From assembly GCA_963514005.1 (NCBI GenBank), contig OY740805.1, forward strand, positions 20,584,001-20,648,000: 64,000 nt of DNA, written 5' to 3'. The first letter of the stretch is position 1; each line of letters starts with the position of its first letter. Position numbers and translations under genes: made by a program. Source of the stretch: Raja brachyura (taxonomy: Eukaryota). Below are positions 26,375-37,800 of this stretch, piece by piece. The notes under the pieces were generated by a model. The model had not been told where the DNA came from. It saw nothing but the letters and a program-made list of their open reading frames with translations, and searched no databases.

Positions 26375-27380
26375 GTGCAGAAGACAGACACAAAATACTG
26401 CAGTAACTCTGCGGGACAGGCAGCATCTCCGGAGAGAAGGAATGGGTGAGGTTTCGGGTCGAGACCTTTCTTCAGACTGATGTCAGGGGAGAGGGAGATA
26501 CATAGATGAGGAACTGTAAGGTGTGAAAACAGGACAAAGGGAATGGAGATCAATGAAAATATAGAATAGATCATGTTAGCGGAGAGAAGGAGACAACAAA
26601 GCAAACATGGATAAAATGTACTCGGACACAGTAAGGCTGGCCGGAGAACTGGGAGGGGAGGGATGGTGCGAGAGGGGAAACAAGGGTTACTTGAAGTAAG
26701 ATGTCAATGTTCATACCGTCGGGGTGTAAGCGGCCCAAACGAAATATGAGGTGCTATCCTTCAATTTGCGCTGAGCTTCACTCTGACATCGGAGGATACA
26801 CAGGAGAGAAATCTCAGTGTGGGAATGAGAGGATGAGTTAAAGTGTTTAGCAACCGGGAGATCAGGTATGACGAGGCGGACTGAGCGGAGGTGTTCGGCG
26901 ACACAATCGCCGAGCCTGCGCTTGGTCTCGCCGATATACAGGAGACAACGCCGGGAGCAGCGGATATGGTAGATGATGTTGGAGAAGGAGCAAGTGAACC
27001 TCTGTCTCACCTGATAAGAATGTCGGGGTCCTTGAACGACATCGAGGGGGGGGGGGGGGTGGGGGTGGTATAGGGACAGGTGAGGCTTTTCAAGCAGTTG
27101 CAGGGAAAAGTACCTGGGGAGGGGTGGTTTGGGTGGAAATGGGCGAGTTGACCAGGATTTGCGGAGGGAACAGTCTCTGCGGAAAATCGAAAGGGGTGGG
27201 ATCCCGTTGGAGGTGGGGAAAATATCGGAGGATTATGCGCTTTATGCGACGGCTGTTGGGGTAGAAGGTGGAGACTAGCGGGACCAGGGGGACTCTGTCC
27301 CTGTTACGACTGTGGGGAGGGGAAGCAAGAGTGGAGTTGCGGGATATCGAGGAGACCCTAGTGATGGCCTCATCTATGAT
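26375..27380 (-). mobile_element. Penelope-like 3' portion: GIY-YIG endonuclease and terminal repeat with hammerhead-like motif
   Basis: RQRFTCSFSNIIYHIRCSRRCLLYIGETKRRLGDCVAEHLRSV; CTGAAGAAAGGTCTCGACCCGAAACCTC at 26448-26475. Confidence 0.88.
26448..26478 (-). ncRNA. Minimal hammerhead ribozyme-like motif of a Penelope terminal repeat
   Basis: CUGAAGA, stem II GGUC/GACC, GAAAC, NUH triplet CUC. Stem I is weak and activity is untested. Confidence 0.6.
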
Positions 27381-28288
27381 GGTGCTACTTGCAATTGTGC
27401 GTGCTGGTACAAAAAACTGATACTTATATATTGCAGTGCCTCCTCATGTTGAAATCCAAATGAAGTACTAATGTATTTGACTGCACTAAGACGACCCATT
27501 TATCCGTCCTTTCAAAAAAGCTGGAAGAAGGAAGCGCCCAGAAGAGTTTGCTTGTGGGGATAACGTAAAGATAGGCCCAGATACACATCTTTCGCCTCAT
27601 TTCCCCATATATTCAATTTCATACCAATCACGAATTTGCGTCCGGATATCAAACGTCACTGAAGACGAACACGTTCGACTATTTTATATAAATATTGGTT
27701 GAGTTTCAACCTAGTCTGTGAACATAATTGTAACTTGGATCCATATTTATACTATTTTATTTCATTCCAATGCTATACTTAAGAAATGGGTTTTGCGTTA
27801 AATTAGAAATTAAAATATTGAAGTCCTGTGAGTGTTCAACGGCATTTCAGTCATCACCGTGAAACATGAAATTCATTACCCCTGTGTCTTTTGCCACAAA
27901 TGCTGTCTGGGCAGCTGGGTGTTCCAGTGCCCTAAGTTTGTATTTTAAATGTTCAGCGTTCGCTGTTTATGTTTCTGAGGATTGTGTTAGATGACTACTT
28001 GAATTAATTTAATTCTCTCGCATTGTATCTGAAAAGCAGAGTGGAGCAGCGAGCAGACCGACTGTCTCACAGCTCCAGTATATACAGTTGCATACTGACC
28101 TTTCGTAGTGTCTGTGTGGAGTGGTCATATACATTGGGTGATTGAATGTGTTTCATGCGGCTGCTCCAGTTTTATCCCCCATCACAAAGACGAGCAGTTA
28201 ATAGAACTATTGGCCACTGTAAATTGACAGTTGTGTGGAAGTGAGGAATATAATCTCGGAGAGATTGTGTAAAAGTGGGGACAATAGT

Positions 28289-28598
28289 GGCGGCAAGGTG
28301 GCGCAGCGGTAGAGTTGCTGCATTACAGCGTTGGCAGCGCCGGGCACCCGAGTTCGATCCCGGCTACGGGTGCTGTTTGCACGGAGTTTGTACTTTCTCC
28401 CCGTGACCGCGTCGGTTTTCTCCGAGACCTTCGGTTTTCACCCGCACTCCAAAGGTGTGTAGGTAAATTTGCTTGGTAAATATAAAAAATGTCCCTGGTG
28501 TGTGTAGGATAGTGTTAATATGCGGGGATCGCTGGTTGGCGCAAACGCGGTGGGCCGAAGGGCCAGTTTCCGCGCTGTATCCCGAAGCTAAACTAAAC
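28289..28598 (+). mobile_element. tRNA-derived SINE (V-SINE/HE1-like); an older copy lies at about 28040-28270
   Basis: A box TGGCGCAGCGG, B box GAGTTCGATCC, GGAGTTTGTAC.TTCTCCCCGTGAC core, CR1-like tail, (CTAAA)n. Confidence 0.85.
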
Positions 28599-28872
28599 CC
28601 AAATACCGAGTTTAATGTCGGAGTAATATGTGAGTGACGGCAAGAACCTGCAGAGGCTAAAATCTCGAGCAATACACCAAGTGCAGGAACAACCCTGCGG
28701 TTCAGCGAGCATCTGTGGAGGGGCTATATATAGTCGTGTAGTGGAGGTTATTGTGTATTCTCTTTCTGCTCACCGGATAACACGCAACAAAAGCTTTTCA
28801 CTGTACTTCGGTACACGGGACAATAAACTAAACTGCAAAATGTAAGATAACGACGATTCACGTCGGAACCTT

Positions 28873-29649
28873 AACCCCCTGTTCTACTTTGGAAACCTGA
28901 ACGGAAACCTCTGGTGACCTTGACCGCGACCCAAACTTTCCATGAGGTCGTCGGAGGTTTTGGTCACTCGCCTGGAAAGCCTCGAGCTGGATCGACCGAA
29001 GCGTGAGCTGCATCTCCCGACCGCACACACACACAGACACATCGCCAAGTTGGGGGCCATGAAGAGCAGAGGAGCGCTGTCTGCGCGGTGAAGAGGAAGG
29101 TAAACGGCTGCCACAGAGCACGGTAAGTCCTTTAGAGAGCGCGGTGGGGTGGGGGGGGGGGGGGTGGGGGGGCGAGAGAAGGAGAGAGGAGCAGAGAGAG
29201 GGGAGAGAGAAGGGAGAAGAGAAGGGAGAGAGAGGGGGAGAAGGGGGAGAGAAGGGAAGAAGACGGGAGATAAGGGGAGACAAGGGGGGAGAAAGAGTTG
29301 AGACCGTTTTAAGAAGTTTAATAAAGTTTAGCGGGCATTTTACCTACCGATGGTTCTTCTAGGTCGTGAAACTCCAATGAGCCAATCAAAATGGCCGGTC
29401 AGCAAGGAGATTGCCTTCGACTGCCTGTAAGTAAATAGCGACCCCACTCCACTGGCTTCGACCAAACGGCAACACATTTTTAGTCGAGGCCGGTTTTGAT
29501 CATGTTGAAACAATCGAATCAACCTGGAAGAAGCCTCGACCAAGCGCAGACCACTTTCGACCATTAGTGAGAGTGACCAAAACCTCCGGCGACATCATGA
29601 AACCCTTGGGTCGCGGGCAATGTCACCGGAGATTTCCGTTCAGGTTTCC
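28873..29649. mobile_element. MITE with about 80-bp imperfect inverted arms (PIF/Harbinger-like); right tip missing
   Basis: 28891-28971 is complementary to about 29569-29649; internal G/A-rich tract at 29143-29295. The superfamily assignment is tentative. Confidence 0.75.
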
Positions 29650-31740
29650 TGGAATCCGATGGAATCTGGGTGGAACAGTTAGAAAAGAGAACTGGGGATG
29701 GGTTAAAGACAGGTGAGCTAGTTGGGTACGGGTGACTGGCAGATGGGTGGTGATCTGACAAAGGCTCGAGTTGAAATGTAGTCAAAATGGTATCAGATAA
29801 GGAAAGACGAGGTGGAATTGAATATACAACAGTATAGATGGATGAGTAGGGGAATTAGAAACGGGAGATATGAGGAAATTCGTGACCGGGGATGGGTGAG
29901 GTGCTCTTTGGGCAGGTGAAGGGCGACATTGCCGGTTGAAACTAGGAGAGCAGGAAACCGAAAGGTAAGCAACGTGGGACAATATGGGGGCGATTTTTTG
30001 GCGGTCAAGGCAAGCTGCAGTTCCAGGTTGCTAGCCATTTTAACGCTCATTCCCATGGCCTTCGTCTCCTCCATTGATAGAGTGGGTGCGCCCACAAACT
30101 AGATCAACAGCATCTTATATTGCTCCTGGGTTGTTTACCATCCAATGGGATGTAAATTGATTTATCCAGTTTCAAGGAATACCTTCGCTAATCTATACTC
30201 TTGTCCTTATACCACCCCTGCCCCTATCTGAAGGACTTACCTTACCCTCCCCATCACCGCCACATCAATGCTCACCCACCTCTTCTACCAGCACAGCCAC
30301 CATGGTCAACCTCGCACCCGTCCCTCCCTCCCTCCTACCCACTCGGTACACCTACCTTGTCAGAAAGTGACGGGGAGGGATAGCGACGGGTTGTTCCTGG
30401 GCAGTTCTCCCCTTCCGTGTCAAAAGCAAATTAACCAAAACCCCAACACACAAGGAAACTGTGCGCTATTTGATAATGTCACCGTGCGTTACTAGACGTT
30501 TGCATGACGCAAAAATCTAAAATAGATATTGTGAACTCTCTTAGAAATAAATCGTTCTATAATTAGGCGGAAGAAGTGTCCCGGCCTTTAACATCGTGTG
30601 TCCATGTCCCTCCACGGATGCTGCCTCACTCGTGAGTTTACTTGCACTTTCATTTTACTCAAGTTCTATATATGTTCACTTCCGTAGGTTTCGCCGCGTC
30701 TTGTTGGATAACACTAAAGTGGACGGAGAAGCGATTGACAAGAAATAACAGTTGAGAGCGGATTTATTGCATTTCGAACAAAGGAGACTGATGAGGAGAT
30801 ATAACTGAAGTTATTAAAACTGAGGGAACGTTTCGAAATAGTAAAGAGGAATTAATGATTTCTCAGGAAACAAGGCAATGGTCGGCTTAGGCCCATAACG
30901 TTAAAGAAAGTTCAAAGTTTTCTTTTTCAATCGACCAGTAAATGGGTGTGCGTCCGTAGATGGTAGACTGACGTAGATGGTGAATTCGCGGCTAAAATGT
31001 GTGGTTCATCACCTTCGCATCGGGCAGGATTATTAAAGTAAAGAAGCATAAGAATGCTCCATCTTGACAATAATACGAATCCATCATACCTCCTTCGCTG
31101 ATGCATTTTATTTGAGATGGGCGACCCTTCAGTTCAAATTAACTGCCACAGAAATCAATGCTCTATGTTAAACCTGTGGTCTACCGAGTATCTCGCGCGG
31201 TCCTTCTATTTAGATAACCTTCATAAAAAGGCTCATCTCCTGATAAAACGCATAGCTGTGTATCTCCGAATCTAAATGAAACTAATTCAATCAAAGAGGC
31301 ACAGGGTCATACAGCGTGGAAACAGACCCATCGGCCCAACTTGCCCGCTCCAACCAACATGCCCCATCTACGCCCGTCCATATACCACTAACCATATCTT
31401 ATTCAGTACCTCTTTCATTATTTCTTAAAGGTTGATCAGCATGCATATATTGTGTCAATTTGTGTACAGTTAATACGGCGAAAGTAAGTAAAAGTTAGAT
31501 TTGTATCTTTGCTCGACTCAATAATTTCACTTTATGGAGGAAAGAAAATGTGAGATGAAAGACTTAACGGTTACTATGACTACATGAGATGTGCGAAACA
31601 GGGTTATTTGTCCCTCTGAGAATGGAATAAAAATAGCTGTTTCGGCAACGTGTTCAAGCAGGCGTGCTGAAGGTATAATTCTGAACACCTGCTTCAGCAA
31701 ATTAATGAAACGGCTCTGACCTAATTTACAAGTGCTCAAA

Positions 31741-31750
31741 TATATAAATT
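31741..31750 (+). promoter_or_regulatory. Candidate TATA box of GPCR copy 2
   Basis: TATATAAATT about 68 nt upstream of the ATG at 31811. Confidence 0.55.
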
Positions 31751-31810
31751 GTGCTCATTGCAAATATCTCATCATATGTCATCATATCGTAAAGTTCAAC
31801 AGTAAACGAA

Positions 31811-31880
31811 ATGGAGCTACCTATAATTCCACAGATTGAGGAAATTTACTATCCCATTCTCGCACTGATTGGAATTCCAG
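31811..31880 (+). CDS. GPR139-like GPCR copy 2, exon 1 (70 nt; not in the ORF track)
   Basis: MELPIIPQIEEIYYPILALIGIP+G|GTAAGT; same length and phase as copy 1 exon 1, and homologous to it. Confidence 0.9.
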
Positions 31881-32188
31881 GTAAGTTAAAAACTGATAAT
31901 CGTTGACTTCGTGCTTTTACCAAAGAAAATGCAAACGGAAACAAGGAACCTACCGTCTAGGAACTAACAAACCCGCGAAGTTTGCAATGCGAGTGAAACG
32001 ATCAGAGAGATTGAAACCCTGGAATGATAGATTTGAAATGCAGGAAGGAACTGTAGTTGTTTAAACCGAAGATACACACAAAAAGCTGGTGTTATTCCGC
32101 GGGTTAGATGTTGCCTGACTCGCTGAGTTACTCCAGCTTGTGTCTATGATAGCTTTGAAGTTTCATTGTAAAATACGTTTCACGTGTG

Positions 32189-33043
32189 TGTGGCGCATCT
32201 AAGACGGTGTGCCCACATTGATTTAATTTATGTGATGGTGTATTGGCAGTTTATAAGGTGCAGCAGTGAGGGGGAACCTCTGTGTTACTCCAGTTGCTCC
32301 GGGGACTGGAAACAGCAAGGCACTCCCCCCCCCCCCCCCCCATCTCAGCAGAAGCAACCTGGGGATGAATTAAGATGCACTGTGTCCTCATTTGTCTTCT
32401 CACACCTGCTTTTATACAGGTTGGTAGACTGTCAGGACCACACAAATATGCACTTTTGGGGTTTGAATATGGTTGGGTGAAGTTTCTGTGTTGTTTTGGG
32501 TGTTAAGAAAGTTGAAGTTAGTGGATTACTGGTTGTTAATGTTTCTGTGTGCTGGGTTGGAAGATATAATAATGTGTAGCATGGGCATGTTTCTTATTAG
32601 GTCATTCCATAACCTGTGGTGGTTGCAGACGTTGCAATGAGGATATGGCATAGAAAAAAAAGGCCAAATGTCAACTTTTAGCATGTTGCTGGAAATGTAC
32701 AGTGAAGGTTAATTAAGTGCCTAATAATATTTATTGAAGTGTAAAATCAAAAATACAAGTGTGTAAATCGCACAGAGAGTGTATTGAGTACAAGGGAAAC
32801 ATAGGAAAGAATGGGCTGTGAGTGAAACTGTAACAAAATGGGTGTGTTAGGGAGAGACAAAATGGATGACTGAACCAATGATAAGAGCAATGTTTTGTGT
32901 TTACATGATTATTGAATAAAACAACCAGCAGAAGCAACCTGGGGATGAATTAAGATGCACTGTGTCCTCATTTGCCTTCTCACACCTGATTTTATACAGG
33001 TTATCTATCTGCTTTACGGTGCCCAACCTTGGGACCCGTAACA
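32189..33043 (+). repeat. 5' LTR (855 bp, TG...CA)
   Basis: Starts TGTGGCGC and ends GTAACA just before the PBS; AATAAA at 32915-32920. Confidence 0.93.
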
Positions 33044-33048
33044 GATCG

Positions 33049-33066
33049 TGGGGGCTCGTCCGGGGT
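33049..33066 (+). promoter_or_regulatory. Primer-binding site, tRNA-Pro
   Basis: TGGGGGCTCGTCCGGGGT, a 17/18 match to the tRNA-Pro PBS TGGGGGCTCGTCCGGGAT. Confidence 0.9.
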
Positions 33067-33225
33067 CGGCGCCACTTCGTGGTTGGAGTGGAGCTGATCA
33101 ACTAATGACACCTGAGACCGAGACAGGGCTGATTCGAGCTGAGTGCCGAGAGCGGTGAGTCAGAGCAGAGACTGTGCCATTGCTGAACTGTGATCCATCG
33201 TGAAAGACGGTGAAAAGCTGCTGCC

Positions 33226-34818
33226 ATGTCAGAGAGTGGGAGGAAGAGCCGAGTGTGGGACATTCGGAAGTCACTGCTCACCTTGTCAGCTGCAGAGCTT
33301 TTTCACATCGCCAAAGAGATGGGTTCAACGTCAGATTGGGACCTGTCTGAACTCCATGAAGGAGACCATGAAGGCTGCTTCGACAAAATCAGTTCATTAA
33401 TGTACAGTAAGCATTTGTTAGAGTCAGAAGACAGTGGAATGTCTGAATTGTTGGGTTTGAAAGATGCTATTGATGATATTGTAAAGACCCGAAAAGTATT
33501 GTGTTTGCCAGAGCTAGAAACACAACCCATAGGTGCTCATGGAGATACTACTAACCAAATGTTCCAAGTCAGTTCTACTTTGCCAAACAGTGATGCTTTC
33601 ACCACTGACCCAGTACTACCTACTGCTGTATCTGACTCCACAAACGTAGAGTTACTCGAAATGCTCACTAGCTATGAGGAGCTTGGTAAAAGGCTGAAAC
33701 AAAGCATTATGGTACCGACAACTCAGTCACCAGAAGACTGTCCGCCAGTAGCAGCACAGGCTAATAAGTCTCGAAGTGACTCATCATACCACAACCCGAC
33801 AGTTGTTCAACCCAATCGAGAGGGGATGATTTCCATAAGAGATCTCGCCTATCTCCAGAGAAGGGAGTTTAAGGTACAAGGGGGCCAGGTTGGTGATCAT
33901 TCGTCAGACATCAGTTATAGCAATGTCTGTAAGCAAATAGAAGAAGGGATCAAAGAAGGCTTCCATGATGCAGAGATAGTTCGTGGTGTGCTCCGGATAA
34001 TGAAACCTGGAATTTTTAAAGAGATGCTAATGAACAAGGATGACTTGACTGTGATGGAACTCAAGGGATTTCTCCAGGCTCACCTAAGAGAAAAAAGCAG
34101 TGCAGAGTTATTTCAAGAGTTAATATGTGCCAAGCAGGAGGAGAACGCGACACCACAACAATTCCTCTATCGTGTCATAGGTTTGAAGCAACGTGTCCTA
34201 TTCACATCAAAACTGTCAGACGCAGGTATAAAATACAGTGCAGCCACTGTTCAAGATGGCTTCCTACATACAGTTTACCAGGGATTGGGCTACAAACACA
34301 GTGAGCTACGCAGAGAAATAAAACCTCTCTTGTCCAGTGGTGAAGTAAGTGATGAGACAATATTGCGCCAGGTAATGAAAATCACCAGTGAAGAAAGTGA
34401 GAGACAAAAGAGGATAGGTCCTTTTCGTCGGCAGGCTGCAGTTCATGCACATGGTGCACAGTTTGAGCCGAATACAGCAAAAGAGCAGGGTAGCAAGCAA
34501 GAGAGTGTGGCGCCAAAAGTAAAGACAGACCCAATTAAAGAGCTTACAGCCAAGGTAGATGAGCTCACAAGTATGATTGAGGCCATGAAACGACAAATTA
34601 AGCCACAACCAACAGATGTGAGGAACCAATATTCTCAAAATAAAATGAGACCCAGGAGAGATAAATCATACGGTTGTCCAAAATGTGTTGAACAAAACCG
34701 CCAGGACTGTAACCATTGTTTCTCGTGTGGGGAGGAAGGCCACAGAGCTGTTGGCTGCTTAAAGAAACAGAAGAGTCAGGGAAACCTGCACCGGTCGCTG
34801 CAGGGGGGCGCCCAGTGA
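33226..34818 (+). CDS. gag: Gag (530 aa) with CCHC zinc knuckle
   Basis: Intact ORF; [14 protein letters not shown], preceded by an extra CPKC..CNHC Cys cluster. Confidence 0.93.
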   Translation: MSESGRKSRVWDIRKSLLTLSAAELFHIAKEMGSTSDWDLSELHEGDHEGCFDKISSLMYSKHLLESEDSGMSELLGLKDAIDDIVKTRKVLCLPELETQPIGAHGDTTNQMFQVSSTLPNSDAFTTDPVLPTAVSDSTNVELLEMLTSYEELGKRLKQSIMVPTTQSPEDCPPVAAQANKSRSDSSYHNPTVVQPNREGMISIRDLAYLQRREFKVQGGQVGDHSSDISYSNVCKQIEEGIKEGFHDAEIVRGVLRIMKPGIFKEMLMNKDDLTVMELKGFLQAHLREKSSAELFQELICAKQEENATPQQFLYRVIGLKQRVLFTSKLSDAGIKYSAATVQDGFLHTVYQGLGYKHSELRREIKPLLSSGEVSDETILRQVMKITSEESERQKRIGPFRRQAAVHAHGAQFEPNTAKEQGSKQESVAPKVKTDPIKELTAKVDELTSMIEAMKRQIKPQPTDVRNQYSQNKMRPRRDKSYGCPKCVEQNRQDCNHCFSCGEEGHRAVGCLKKQKSQGNLHRSLQGGAQ

Positions 34819-34839
34819 TCGGATCTGAGAAACGTCCCC
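34779..34839 (+). promoter_or_regulatory. -1 ribosomal frameshift signal (slippery heptamer + predicted pseudoknot)
   Basis: G_GGA_AAC in the gag frame; pol is in the -1 frame; stems are described in the findings. Confidence 0.85.
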
Positions 34840-37800
34840 AAACTCAAACTGATTGTGATGACAACAATACAGATCTTCCTTTGTCCACCACTTCAGAAGT
34901 AGCGAGCACACAGTACAATGACAAACAAAGCAAATCATCTTCTCAGTTCTCTTTTGAACCACAATGTACCAAACGTAAAGCTGTCGCCAACATGATAGGA
35001 AAGAAGGCTCTGATACAATGTAATCTAAGTGGTTTGGCGGTAACTGCATTGCTTGACTCGGGCGCACAAGTTAGTATTATCAGCCGTGCCTGGAAAGATC
35101 TACACCTGCCTGATCTAAACATTCGACCAATGTCTGAGATCATTGAGGAACTGGATGAGCTAAAGGTTTATGCAGTCAATGGAGAGCTCATTCCTTTTGA
35201 TGGATGGGTTCCTATAATGACCAACCTACCTGGGAATGAGGACCCAAGTCTTGCCATCAGTGTCCCATTCTTAGTTAGCAGCTTGACCATGGAAAGACCG
35301 TTGATTGGTTTTAATGTTCTTGAGCAGCTTGTTGAGGGACAGCCAGAAAGGTTAGTACCTACTCTGATACAGTTGTTTCAGAATGCCATTGGTGTTTCAA
35401 GTGAGAAAGCCGAAGCAGTGGTGAGTTTTATTCAGACAGTGGAGCCAAGTATGCCACAAGGATGCCTAAGAACTGGTGCAAAGGACGTGGTCGTTCCAGC
35501 TGGACAAGTCAGCTGGGTGAGATGCCGGGTTCCCCCAACCATGAACTCCTATGGCCGTCTGGTATTGTTCGAATCAGACGAAGGCAGTCAGCCTTTGGAT
35601 CAGCTAGATCTAGGAGCAGGTTTGGTTGAAATGCAGAATCCTTTAAAACCGTATGTCACCATTGCTGTTGGCAACAACACCAGCCATGACATTATCTTGC
35701 CACGTAAGACAGCCCTGGGCACCTTACAGCATATTGAAAGGGTTGTGGAAGCTGACCCTCCAAGAAAAGTGGCATCCATGACAACAGTCAACGAGGTCAC
35801 CTCTCAACTTCATCAACCAACTCCATCACTGTGGCATCCGCTCGTGAACCTTGATCACCTGGAGGAAAATCAGCAAGAGGTTGTCAGGAAAATCTTATTT
35901 GAGGAGTCAAAAGCCTTTGCCAGAGATGAAAATGATATTGGATGCAACCCAAACCTGCAAATGGTGATAAATCTGAAAGATGACATTCCTGTGCAGAGAG
36001 CGTACACATCCATCCCAAAACCACTGTTGAGAGAAGTAAAGGAATATGTTCAAGACCTCCTTGTCAAGGGATGGATTGTGAAATCTAGGTCCTCCTATGC
36101 CGCTCCAGTTGTGTGTGTGCGGAAGAAAGACGGTACGCTGCGCCTCTGCATAGATTATCGTCTATTGAATCAGAAAACGGTGCCGGATAGACACCCACTG
36201 CCTCGAATACGAGACTTGCTGGACACCTTGGGTGGTTACTCGTGGTTTAGCATCCTTGACCAGGGTAAGGCCTACCACCAGGGTTTCGTGGCTGAAAGGT
36301 CACGTCATCTCACTGCTTTCATCACACCCTGGGGGTTTTATGAGTGGGTAAGGATCCCGTTTGGCCTATCAAACGCGCCAGCAGCATTCCAGAGAAGTAT
36401 GGAGGAGATGTTGAGTTCGCTGAGGGATGAGTGCTGTATATCCTACCTCGATGACATCCTCTGCTACTCGCGGTCATTTGAAGATCATGTGGAAGTGGTC
36501 CGCAAGGTTCTCCAAGCTTTGCAACATCAAGGGGTAAAGCTCCGATCTGAAAAGTGTGAGTTGTTCAAGCAAGAGGTTCGCTATGTTGGCCGCCTTGTCT
36601 CTGCTAACGGTATTCGAGTTGATCCCAAGGACCTGAATGCTGTGCTGGCTTTGAAAGACAAAACACCACAGACGGTAGGTGATTTGAGAAGGGTTCTCGG
36701 TTTTCTCAGTTACTACAGGACATACGTTCAAAACTTCTCAACGATAGCAAAGCCATTGTATGAGATGCTCCAAGGGAAATCCTCAATTCAAGTCCAGTCG
36801 CGACAAGGTAAAGCCAAGGGACCCCAACTGTCATCCAGGGCACCCATACAGTGGACTGCTGAACATCAAAGTGTACTCGAGAGACTGATTGACATGTTGA
36901 CACATCCACCGGTTTTGGCATACCCAAACTTCGACAGGCCTTTCGTCTTGCATACCGATGCATCAGAGCAAGGTCTAGGAGCTGTTCTCTACCAGCAACA
37001 GGAGGGAAAGCTACGAGTCATTGGGTATGGGTCACGGACTTTGACAGCTGCAGAGAGGAACTACCATATGCATAGTGGCAAGTTGGAGTTCCTTGCACTT
37101 AAGTGGGCAGTGTGCGAGAAATTTAGGGACAACCTCTATTATGCTCCACACTTTACCATCTTCACTGACAACAACCCACTTACTTACATCATGAGCACTG
37201 CCAAACTCAATGCGGTTGGTCACCGGTGGGTGGGAGAACTGTCAGACTTCCATTTTGACATCAGGTACAGACCAGGAAGAGTCAACACGGACGCAGATAC
37301 TCTGTCCCGAGTCCCTCTTGATATTGACCAGTACATGTCAACATGCACAGAGGAGTTGTCGCAGGATGTAGTGAATGCAGCTTGGGAAGGAAGTCAAGCA
37401 GCCCAGAGGAAAGATGTGGCATGGATAGCCGCTCTCGCTGTCTCCTCTCAAGATGTTGTCCTACAGCCCCGCGCCCCTCTACACAGCATTAGTGATGACG
37501 ACTTGGTCCAAGCTCAAAGAGAGGATCCCGAGATAGGTAAGATCTTAAAGCTCAAAGAGATGAACAGTAAATTGACAGACGACATCAGAAGGACTGTGAG
37601 AGGAAGCGCATGCAAGCTTCTGCATGAGTGGAGCAGGTTGCACATCGAGGATGGGTTGCTGTACCGAAGAACAACAAGTAGGAAACAATTAGTACTACCT
37701 CTGAAATACCACCCTGTGGTATTAAAGCACCTCCACGACAACATGGGGCATGTGGGCATGGAGAGAGTTCTTCACCTCGCCAGGGAGAGGTTTTACTGGC

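Noticed and set aside
28289-28375. tRNA gene
   Set aside because: The A/B boxes belong to a SINE head followed by a SINE body and tail.
31600-31720. Olfactory-type homeodomain and O/E promoter motifs
   Set aside because: TAATGA is present but the O/E match is poor, and such short motifs occur by chance.
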